In this document: positions 11,614 to 21,400 of the stretch, one piece after another | Layout of the letters: every line of letters begins with the position of its first letter | Numbering within the stretch: position 1 is the first letter of the stretch | Source of the DNA: Promethearchaeota archaeon | GTDB taxonomy: Archaea; Asgardarchaeota; Heimdallarchaeia; Hodarchaeales; Hodarchaeaceae | Assembly (NCBI GenBank): GCA_048938105.1 | Contig: JBHLMN010000004.1 | Coordinates: 224,001-288,000, forward strand | Length of the DNA stretch: 64,000 bases | Direction: 5' to 3' | The notes under the pieces: model-generated | What the model saw: the letters and a program-made list of their open reading frames with translations, nothing else | What the model was told of the DNA's origin: nothing | Databases searched by the model: none | Made by a program: the position numbers and the translations under genes

Positions 11614-13731
11614 ATGGTCAAATTCGATCAATTGTCCAAAAAAATCTTCTTGGTTTTTCTAAGTATATCTGTTTTTGTTCTTGTTACTCCTGTAATAGGA
11701 GCGAGAGAGCCTGACCCTTTCTTCACTGTTAACATTATGCTACCTACAAATAATCTAGAAAGACTGCAATATTCGGAGGCTATTGCGTCTGAACTAGAGA
11801 AGATAGGAATTGGAGTAAATCTAGAGATGACAACTTGGGCTGAAATTTTTCCACGTATTTTTTACGGAGAAGCTCCACCTTACAGTGAAGGAGGATATGA
11901 TGTCTGTTTTTTTGGTGTAGATATAGGATCTTCGACTAGCCATCCTGGAGGAACTTTAGAAGACACGTACAAGAATATCCCACCAGAAGGTGTAAATGTG
12001 ATGCATTGGGCGTCTGACAGGGAAGATCAAATGAATTACGGAGCGGATGAATCGGAGAGTCTTATCGAATCAATCATGACAAATGTGAATTATACAGAGA
12101 CAAAGGATGAGCTTATTGAGTGGCAAAAACTCTGGTATGATGTTTTACCTAATATCATGCTTTATAATCAATATGAAGTATTTGGTATATCTAAAGGACT
12201 TTATGGATATGACCCACTAAAAGATCCTTTAAGATCTTTAGAGACTCAATGGATGGATTCATCTTATCAAGGGTCTAATGATACTGTCGTACTTGCCGGA
12301 AATATGCCATGTTATAGTTTCAATGCAATGATCGTCCCCAATGATTACGAAAATACAGATATATATTGCGCACTTCCTCCCCTAGACTCCTTAGTTGGGA
12401 ATACTCCATCATCAGATCTTTTACTCCCCTCGAATACCAATCGTGAAGAATGGATGGTTGAAAACTTCGATACAACAGAATATCTGGAACTTTACCCACG
12501 AGTTGCTGCAGGAATGGGTAAATATTCAGAAAATGGATTACAATATAATATCAGCGTTCGAGATGACGTTTTTTGGCATGATGGCCATCAATTAGACGCT
12601 TGGGATGTTGCTTTTTCATTTCAAGCACATTATTACTTCGAAAATATCCCTCATGATCAGGAAATTTTTAGAATTGATGTTAATCCTTTCATTATTGAAG
12701 ACAAAGACAAGGATGGTTTCTATGAACATATTAGTTTTCAATTCAATCGGAAATATGCTCCTTTTGAAACTGATATACTAGGCTTACCTTTATTTCCTGA
12801 ACATATTTTAGGAGATCCAGAAGAACATGGATATATCAATGGAACTTTCGATTTTAACACTTGGATTGTTCCTCCTTATAGTTGGCAGTCCCATTCATTT
12901 AATACTGGTAACCCTGCTCATCCCGGAGGTTTGAATGGTCCTATTGGCTGCGGATCAGTTGTTTTCAAGAATGTTAATCGGATTACAAATGAAATCAACT
13001 TCCAAAAGTTTGAAAATATCCGCTGGGATAATGCTTCAGGAACTTGGGTATCAACAGCTAATAATAGTCATTTTTTGATAAAAAATGGAAAATTAACTTC
13101 GATGCCAACATATGCAAAGTTTGTAGTAGAAACAAATCTAGATGAAGCTATAGAGAAGATGAAGACAGGGGTGGTAAATATTCTTGATCCTTGGTTTCTA
13201 GATGTATTTCATTCAGATACTGAGATTCTTGCAGAGATTCTTGAAGAACTTCAGTCAGAACCATCAATTCAGCCTATACTCTCCGAGGGAACTATATGGC
13301 AAGCAATGTACTTTAATCCGAAGTTTAATGAAGGTGGAGTTCGTCATTTGAATAAAAAGGGAGTGCGACATGCGATTTCACACATGATTCCTAGAACTGA
13401 GATAATTGAGAATTTACTACATGGCTTAGGGATCCCAGCCTATAACCCGTTACTTCGGACTTCTTGGGCATCAATACCAGAAGATGAAATGCTAGATTAC
13501 AAAAAAACCGTCAAAGCAGCTGATGGTACACAACCCGAAGAAAATGCAACAACTGCTTATGATGAATACTCAATTGAGCTTGCTCTACGATGGTTGAAAA
13601 CTGAAGGATATGATACCAAAAAATGGGAAATTTATCATGGTTTAGCGGAAGCTGATTCTATTGACTTTGCTAGTCCATTAATTGTAATATTGGCTGTTGG
13701 ATTCGTGGTATTACTATTGAAGAAGAAGTAA
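11614..13731 (+). CDS. Family 5 (OppA/DppA-like) solute-binding protein, circularly permuted, C-terminal TM anchor
   Basis: FWHDGHQLDAWDV, PIGCG, VRHAISHMIPR, ELEKIGIGV motifs present but in non-canonical order. Confidence 0.85.
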   Translation: MVKFDQLSKKIFLVFLSISVFVLVTPVIGAREPDPFFTVNIMLPTNNLERLQYSEAIASELEKIGIGVNLEMTTWAEIFPRIFYGEAPPYSEGGYDVCFFGVDIGSSTSHPGGTLEDTYKNIPPEGVNVMHWASDREDQMNYGADESESLIESIMTNVNYTETKDELIEWQKLWYDVLPNIMLYNQYEVFGISKGLYGYDPLKDPLRSLETQWMDSSYQGSNDTVVLAGNMPCYSFNAMIVPNDYENTDIYCALPPLDSLVGNTPSSDLLLPSNTNREEWMVENFDTTEYLELYPRVAAGMGKYSENGLQYNISVRDDVFWHDGHQLDAWDVAFSFQAHYYFENIPHDQEIFRIDVNPFIIEDKDKDGFYEHISFQFNRKYAPFETDILGLPLFPEHILGDPEEHGYINGTFDFNTWIVPPYSWQSHSFNTGNPAHPGGLNGPIGCGSVVFKNVNRITNEINFQKFENIRWDNASGTWVSTANNSHFLIKNGKLTSMPTYAKFVVETNLDEAIEKMKTGVVNILDPWFLDVFHSDTEILAEILEELQSEPSIQPILSEGTIWQAMYFNPKFNEGGVRHLNKKGVRHAISHMIPRTEIIENLLHGLGIPAYNPLLRTSWASIPEDEMLDYKKTVKAADGTQPEENATTAYDEYSIELALRWLKTEGYDTKKWEIYHGLAEADSIDFASPLIVILAVGFVVLLLKKK

Positions 13732-13761
13732 CAATGAGCTTAGTAGTAAAATCTTCCCCTC

Positions 13762-14753
13762 TTAGGAATGGCCTATAATGGGATGAGGTTTATATGGTTC
13801 TTCCAACCGTTTAATATCATCATTAGATAATTTAATGTCCAGTGCCTCGACCGCTTGTTCCACATGTTCGATTTTGGTCGCACCAATAATAGGTGAGGTA
13901 ACATAATCTTTTGAGAATAACCAGGCAAGAGCAATTTGGGATGGTGAGACTTCTTTCTCTTGAGCGATTTCTACAACTCGCTCAACCACATCAAAATCTT
14001 CTGGTTTAAAAAAACGAGGTTTCATGTATTTGTCCGTACGAGCTCTAATATGGTCATCTGCATTGCTATCCCTAGTATATTTTCCCGATAAAAACCCTCG
14101 CGCTAATGGTGACCACGGAATAACACCAATCCCTTGATCCTTGCAGAGAGGTAACATCTCTCTCTCTTCTTCACGATAACATAAATTATAGTGATTTTGC
14201 ATGGTTCTGAAAGGTTCCAATCCGTTCCGTTCAGCGAACCACAAGCTCTTCGCAAATTGCCATGCAAACATAGAGCTAGCACCAATGTGTAGAACTGTCC
14301 CATTATTTATGAGTCGATTTAATGATCGCAATATTTCATCAATAGGTGTGTATGGATCTAAACGGTGAATCTGATAAAGATCAACATATTCCATATCTAA
14401 GCGTTTCAAAGAATCCTTGATTGCATGAGTGATATGATATCGTGAAAGACCACTTTTATTGGGTTTGGGTGTGCTGGTATAACCTTCTACTGGAAAAAAA
14501 CCTTTGTTGCTATTACAACATCATCACGATATTCCTTAAGTAGTTCCCCAGTGATTTCTTCAGATTGTCCTTGGGAATAAACATTAGCAGTATCAAAAAA
14601 ATTGATCCCAAGATCAAGGGCTTTTTTGACAATAGGGCGAGCTCCATCGATGTCAAGACACCATTTTAGTATTGTTGGATCACCATAAGACATCATCCCT
14701 AAGCAAATTCGAGAAACATCTAATCCTGTTGTGCCTAATTTGACATATTTCAC
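13762..14753 (-). pseudogene. Aldo/keto reductase split by a -1 frameshift at a T7 run (14494-14500); pseudogene, sequencing error or recoded gene
   Basis: 5' part has LGINFFDTANVY...IATK; the -1 frame continues PVEGYTSTPKPNKSGLSRYHI...SLKRLDMEYVDLYQIHR into the 3' ORF (PWSPLARG, PIIGAT). Confidence 0.85.
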
Positions 14754-14914
14754 CAGTTTTCACCGAAAGTTTTCCATCATTTACTTTTTTTATTTTGACA
14801 ATATGCAATTATATCTCTTCTTTATTATCGTTCGTGAAAATATCAGAGTGCAGCTTTTACTCTTAAGGTATCTTTTCACCTAAATAAAAAAAGAAAGTAA
14901 AAGGAGTAGTTCTT

Positions 14915-17900
14915 TTAATCACTTTTTCTTTTTACTCGTCTGATAGATATGATTAATGAAAGTATTGTTAGTAATGCAGCAGCAACTGTCCATCCAGGTG
15001 TAATGTTTGGTGTGGATGTAGCAGTTGAAGAAGACTCTTCTTCTTCTGTTGTTGTGGTAGTTGTCGTAGAACTCGTTGTTTCAATGGGAAGGATCTGACG
15101 TGGTTTTTCATAAGCATAAGCATATAAGCTAACCATATCATCCAATATTCGTGCCCGACCATCAAATATTGTAATAAAGAAGTATACTTGGTAGCCCTCT
15201 GTTCCAGTTAAATCCCATTTTTTAACCCATCCATACCATTTACCCTCAATGACATCTGTTTTGAAGGAACCCCAGAAAATTTGTTTTACATCGAATTTCA
15301 TTGTGGTATAATCCAAGTATAGGACGATTACACGTATATCAAAGTCCACAGAACCAGACTGACTGAATAAGAATTCATAACCAATATCGATAGAATCTGG
15401 TCGGTCCTCATAATAATCCTCATGGATTGGCTCCCATTCAAACTCTACACCTTGATAGCCGGTGACATCGGACCATGCGATCCATTCCTCGATTTGTATA
15501 GTTGAATAGAAATATCTTAAATCTACGAATCTCACAGAGATGTTGTAATCTCCTGTGTACACTGCTGACCATGAGATATTTATTGAATACCAAGACCCCT
15601 CCTTTACGTCTTCGGAAAAGAAATCATACACATAGGCATCAATCTCCTGCCAATATTTTTTCTCCTCATTCCAATAATTGATTCTCATCATAGCGTATAG
15701 AGATACGGGGCCAGATTTACTGAAAGTCATATCGAAACCAACTTCAATGGTATCAGTTAATCCATCAGAATCTGCATCGTACTCATAGTAGTATATATTC
15801 CAATCTTTGATGAGATGATATTTGCAGGCTTCAAACCATTCAATTGTGTCGTCGATCAAAATGTCGATTAATTTTCCGTCAGCGGTAGAGTCATAAATAA
15901 GTATTTCAAACTTGAAATCTCCATCTTCACTCGCTGGCCAGCGGAAAGAAATAGTTTCCAAATCACCAGCAGTCACTTGTATTTGAAAATGTTGATAATA
16001 ATAAGTAATCTCTTCCCAATATTCTTGTTGTTCGTTCCAGTGTCTAATATCTGCGAAAAGAGATAGGTGGGCCTCTCCACTAAATGTGAATTGTAAGTCG
16101 TACCCGATTTCGATAGTATCTTTGCAGCCATCGTTGTCTTCATCGTATTCCTCATACCAACTTTTCCAGCTGTCAAGGGCTTCAAAGGCACAGGCGTTCT
16201 CCCAATCAATGGTGTCTTCTATTAAAGTTCCACCACTTTCTCCAAAGATCTCAATTTCGAGCTTATAATCTCCAGCTTCCCAGGCTGACCACTCGAATGA
16301 AATATAGTACCAAATGTTGGTTTTAATTTCTCCCGTAAACTCGTCATGATAGTAGTCAAAATAATCCCATTCATTATATTCTGTACTCCAGACATGGATC
16401 TGTGCTCTAAGGTTTAAGGTTATTGAACCAGTAACACTGAATAACATATCGAAACCAATCTCAATGGTATCATCGCACCCATCTGTGTCTTTATCGTATT
16501 CCCTGTACCACCTGTCCCATTCTTTAATAGGATTATAAGCACAGTCAGCATACCACTCGAAACTTTCCTCAAGTAGAGGTATATCAAAATTTCTCTCCTC
16601 AATATCAACATAAAATTCGTACCTCCCACTGTCCCTGGCTTGCCACCGTAAAGACCAAGTAAGTTGTTCACCAGAAGTCACAGCCTCTTCAATATATTCA
16701 TAATAGTCATCAATCCAGTCCCAACCTTGATGGTCAGGATTCCAGTATCGGATTTCTACACGAATACGAATATACACCTGGCCTGTATAACTGAACTTGA
16801 AGTCGTACCCCAATTCAATGGTATCATCACATCCATCGTTATCCTCATCGTGTTCTATAGTCCAACTGGTCCAATTATCTAAAAGAGTAAAAGCACACGC
16901 ATCACTCCAATCGACCCATTCCTTGATTAGCTCTCTGTCGGAGTATTCATCACGAACTCTAATCGAAAAGTTGTAATCCCCTTCATACCACGCTGACCAC
17001 TGGAAAGATACGTTATACACCTCCCCTGACTTCACATCTTCCTCAAAATAATCCCATTCATCTGTAATTTCATCCCAATACCCCTTCCAATGATAAATTT
17101 CTATCCATATTTCGAGCTCTACCTCACCAGAAAAGGTAAAATTGAAAGAATACTCTATTGAAATAGTGTCCTCACAACCGTCACCATCTTCATCGGACTT
17201 GTCGACCCATCTATCATAATTAGAGAAATATGAAAATGATGATGCATCATTCCACACAACCCATTCTTCAATTATTGTTTCATCGGATTCATAACTACGA
17301 ATTCTGATCGAAAAGTTGTAATCACCATCGTACCAGGCTGACCACAGGAAAGACATGTTATACACTTCCCCTGCGGTCACATCTTCCCAAAATCTTTCAT
17401 ACCGATAGTCAATATAATCCCAATACATGTCCCAATAATAGATCTCCATCCTAAATTGTAAGTCCACCCAGCCAGAAAAAGTGAAATTGAAAAAGTACCA
17501 GATATAAATAGTATCATTTGAATTATCCCCATCTCTATCATATTCAACAATCCACCTTTCCCAGTCATTAAGAAATATAAACTCTGAGGCATCATACCAG
17601 GTTATCGTCTCTTCTATAACGATTTTGTCAGTTGAATAATCGTAAACCGTAACTGCAAAGCTATAATTACCATTGTACCATGCTCCCCATCGGTAAGACC
17701 ATATGTAGGTTTCCCCTGGTTCCACAAATGCTTCAAACCAGTCATCGTAGTCATCGAGATAATCCCAGCCCTGATCCCAATAGTAGATCTCAATTTCGAT
17801 TTCAAACTCAACCCATTCAGTGACGGTGAAATCAGAGAATTCATAAAAAATTTCAATTGTATCATACTTACCGTCAGAGTCATTATCGTATTCATCATAC

Positions 17901-18118
17901 CAACTCGACCAAGAAAAGTCAACAGTTGTGGTTTCAGCAATGGATACTTCGCTTGAAGGTTGTTGAGATTCTATTCCTGTGTTGGATAATTGGGAATGAT
18001 CAGCTAATTGCTTTGTATGGTCTGTTCCTGTAATTAGAGAATTGAATGATACTAGTATCCCCATACAAAGAATTATCACAATTAAAGAAGATATGTAATT
18101 TCTTTTTCGAATTAACAT
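14915..18118 (-). CDS. Large acidic Trp/Tyr-rich surface protein with 8 ~120-aa DxDxDG-containing repeats (copy A)
   Basis: Signal peptide; repeats W..W..E.D.D.DG..DTI.I; Thr-rich linker, TPGW, TM and basic tail. Confidence 0.85.
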   Translation of the reverse strand: MLIRKRNYISSLIVIILCMGILVSFNSLITGTDHTKQLADHSQLSNTGIESQQPSSEVSIAETTTVDFSWSSWYDEYDNDSDGKYDTIEIFYEFSDFTVTEWVEFEIEIEIYYWDQGWDYLDDYDDWFEAFVEPGETYIWSYRWGAWYNGNYSFAVTVYDYSTDKIVIEETITWYDASEFIFLNDWERWIVEYDRDGDNSNDTIYIWYFFNFTFSGWVDLQFRMEIYYWDMYWDYIDYRYERFWEDVTAGEVYNMSFLWSAWYDGDYNFSIRIRSYESDETIIEEWVVWNDASSFSYFSNYDRWVDKSDEDGDGCEDTISIEYSFNFTFSGEVELEIWIEIYHWKGYWDEITDEWDYFEEDVKSGEVYNVSFQWSAWYEGDYNFSIRVRDEYSDRELIKEWVDWSDACAFTLLDNWTSWTIEHDEDNDGCDDTIELGYDFKFSYTGQVYIRIRVEIRYWNPDHQGWDWIDDYYEYIEEAVTSGEQLTWSLRWQARDSGRYEFYVDIEERNFDIPLLEESFEWYADCAYNPIKEWDRWYREYDKDTDGCDDTIEIGFDMLFSVTGSITLNLRAQIHVWSTEYNEWDYFDYYHDEFTGEIKTNIWYYISFEWSAWEAGDYKLEIEIFGESGGTLIEDTIDWENACAFEALDSWKSWYEEYDEDNDGCKDTIEIGYDLQFTFSGEAHLSLFADIRHWNEQQEYWEEITYYYQHFQIQVTAGDLETISFRWPASEDGDFKFEILIYDSTADGKLIDILIDDTIEWFEACKYHLIKDWNIYYYEYDADSDGLTDTIEVGFDMTFSKSGPVSLYAMMRINYWNEEKKYWQEIDAYVYDFFSEDVKEGSWYSINISWSAVYTGDYNISVRFVDLRYFYSTIQIEEWIAWSDVTGYQGVEFEWEPIHEDYYEDRPDSIDIGYEFLFSQSGSVDFDIRVIVLYLDYTTMKFDVKQIFWGSFKTDVIEGKWYGWVKKWDLTGTEGYQVYFFITIFDGRARILDDMVSLYAYAYEKPRQILPIETTSSTTTTTTTEEEESSSTATSTPNITPGWTVAAALLTILSLIISIRRVKRKSD

Positions 18119-18296
18119 ATTATTAGCTCTCCTCTTCTTCTGTTAACCACTTAGTTATTATGATCAGCTAAGCTCTTTTACATGAAAGTGAGTATTAAGG
18201 GTAAGATCATCATTTAAAGTTAACTAGTAGAAAATTCGAAAGGAATTGTATCACACTCGTTCTAATTTTTATTATTAAGGAGAATGGGTCGAAAAG

Positions 18297-18323
18297 TTAG
18301 ATGCTTAATTTGACATATTCCAC
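18297..18323 (-). pseudogene. Relic of the aldo/keto reductase 5' end at the duplication junction (MEYVKLSI*)
   Basis: GTG GAA TAT GTC AAA TTA AGC versus the AKR start GTG AAA TAT GTC AAA TTA GGC, with the same upstream sequence. Confidence 0.75.
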
Positions 18324-18479
18324 AAGTTTTCACTGAAATATTTTCATTTGACACTTTTTTTCATTTTGACAATATACTCTTATCTCTTTTCTTAATCAAT
18401 AATTACACAGATATTAGATTGCAGCTTACGCTCTAAGGTCATCTTTTCACAAAAAAAATAAGAAAGTAGAGTAGTTGTC

Positions 18480-21400
18480 TCAACTACTTTTTCTTTTTAG
18501 TCGTCTGATGGTAACGATAGATGAGAGGATTGTCAATAATGCAGCAACAGTCCATCCAGGTGTAATATTTGGTGTGGATGTAGCAGTTGAAGAAGACTCT
18601 TCTTCCGTTGTTGTGGTAGTTGTCGTAGAACTCGTTGTTTCAATGGGAAGGATCTGACGTGGTTTTTCATAAGCATAAGCATATAAGCTAACCATATCAT
18701 CCAATATTCGTGCCCGACCATCAAATATTGTAATAAAGAAGTATACTTGGTAGCCCTCTGTTCCAGTTAAATCCCATTTTTTAACCCATCCATACCATTT
18801 ACCCTCAATGACATCTGTTTTGAAGGAACCCCAGAAAATTTGTTTTACATCGAATTTCATTGTGGTATAATCCAAGTATAGGACGATTACACGTATATCA
18901 AAGTCCACAGAACCAGACTGACTGAATAAGAATTCATAACCAATATCGATAGAATCTGGTCGGTCCTCATAATAATCCTCATGGATTGGCTCCCATTCAA
19001 ACTCTACACCTTGATAGGCGGTGACGCCGGTCCATTCGATGCATTCCTCAACCTCTATATTTGAAGTATAAATGCTAAGATCTGCCAATGCCACAGAGAT
19101 GTTGTAATCTCCTGTATATATTGCTGACCATGAGATATTTATCGAATACCAAGAGCCTTCTTGTACATCTTCAGAAAAGAACTCGTACAAATAAGTGTAA
19201 ATCTCTTGCCAATCCTGATCCTCCTCATCCCAATATTCGACTTTCAGCCTAGCGAGAAGGAATACGGGGCCAGATTTACTGAAAGTCATATCGAAACCAA
19301 CTTCAATGGTATCAGTTAATCCATCAGTATCTGCATCGTACTCATTGTACCACATATCCCAATCTTTGATAAGATGATATTTACAGGCATCATACCACTC
19401 AATCGTTTCGTCGATTAAATGCCAGTAAGTGGTATAGTCATAAATGCTTATTTCAAACTTGAAATCTCCATCTTTACTCGCTGGCCAGCGGAAAGAAATA
19501 GTTTCCAAATCACCAGCAGTCACATGTTTTTGGAAAAGTTGACTATAATAAGTAATCTCTTCCCAATATTCTTGTTGTTCGTTCCAGTGTCTAATCTCTG
19601 CGAAAAGAGACAGTTGGGCCTCTCCACTAAATGTGAACCTGATGTCGTACCCGATTTCGATGGTATCATTACAACCATCGTTGTCTTCATCGTATTCCTT
19701 GATCCAACTTTCCCAGCTGTCAAGAGCTTCAAATGTATAGGCATTATTCCACTGAATGGTGTCTTCAATAAAATTTCCTCTACTTTCACCATATATCTCT
19801 ATTTCAATCTCATAATCTCCATCTTGCCAAGCTGACCACTCAAACGATATATAGTACCAAATGTCCGTTGTTACTTCTCCCGTAAAAGCATCATAATAGG
19901 ACTCAAGATAGCTCCATTCATTATAATCCGTATCCCAGTATTTGATCCTTGCTCTAAGGTGTAAGGTCATTGATCCTGTAATACTGAATAATATATCGAA
20001 ACCAATCTCAATGGTGTCATCGTACCCATCCGTGTCTTTATCGGATTCTATGTACCACCTGTCCCAATCTTTAATGGGGTTATAAGCACAGTCAGCATAC
20101 CACTCGAAGCTTTCCTCTATTAGAGGGATATCATAATTCCTCTCCTCAGCTTCAACATTGAATTTGTATTTTCCGCTATACCACGCTTGCCACCGGAAAA
20201 CCCAAGTATGTTGATCACCAGAAGTCACATCCTCATCGATATAATCATAATAGTCATCAATCCAGTCCCAGTCTCCATTTTCCCAGTATTCGATTTCCAC
20301 ACGAATGCGTATATACACCTCACCAGTATAACTGAACTTGAATTCATACCCCAATTCAAAGGTATCATCACAACCATCGTTGTCATCATCGTGTTCCATA
20401 GTCCAACTGGTCCAACTATCTAAGAGAGTAAAAACGCATGCACCAGTCCAAACGACCCATTCCTCGATTAGAACTCTTTCGGAATATTCATCACGAATTA
20501 TTATCGAAAAGTTATAATCACCGTCATTCCACGCTGACCATTGGAGAGAGACATTATACACTTCCCCTGCGGACACATCTACCCAAAAATATTCATATTC
20601 AGAGTCAACTTGTGTCCAATATCCATCCCAATAATAGATTTCTATCCACATTTCTAATTCTACTTGGGTAGAACATGAAAAATTGAGTGAATATTCTATT
20701 AAAATAGTATCCTCACAACCATCACCGTCTTTATCAGACTTATCAACCCATCTGTTATAATCATAAAAATACGAAAACGACGATGCATCATTCCAAGCAA
20801 CAAAGTCTTCAATTATCATTTTATCAGTATCATAACTACGAATTTCGATAGAGAAGTTGTAATCACCATCGTACCAGGCTGACCACAGGAAAGACATGTT
20901 ATACACTTCCCCTGCGGTCACATATTCCCAAAAATATTCATATTCAGTGTCAATATAATCCCAATACATGTCCCAGTAATAGATTTCAATCCTAAATTGT
21001 AAGTCCACCCAGCCAGAAAGAGTGAAATTTAAAAAGTACCAGATATAAATAGTATCATTTGAATAGTCCCCATTTCTATCATATTCGACAATCCACCTTT
21101 CCCAGTCATTGAGATATATAAACTCTGAAGCATCATTCCAGGTTATTGTCTCTTCTATAACTTCTTTGTCAATCGAATAATCATAAACTGTAATTGAAAA
21201 GCTATAATTACCATCGTACCATGCTCCCCATTGGTAAGACCATATGTATGTTTCTCCTGGTTTCACATATGGTTCAAACCAGTCATAGTCGCCATCGAGA
21301 TAATCCCAGCCCTGGTCCCAATAGTAGATCTCAATTTCGATTCTAAATTCAATCCATTCAGTGACGGTGAAATCAGAGAATTCGTAAAAAATTTCAATCG

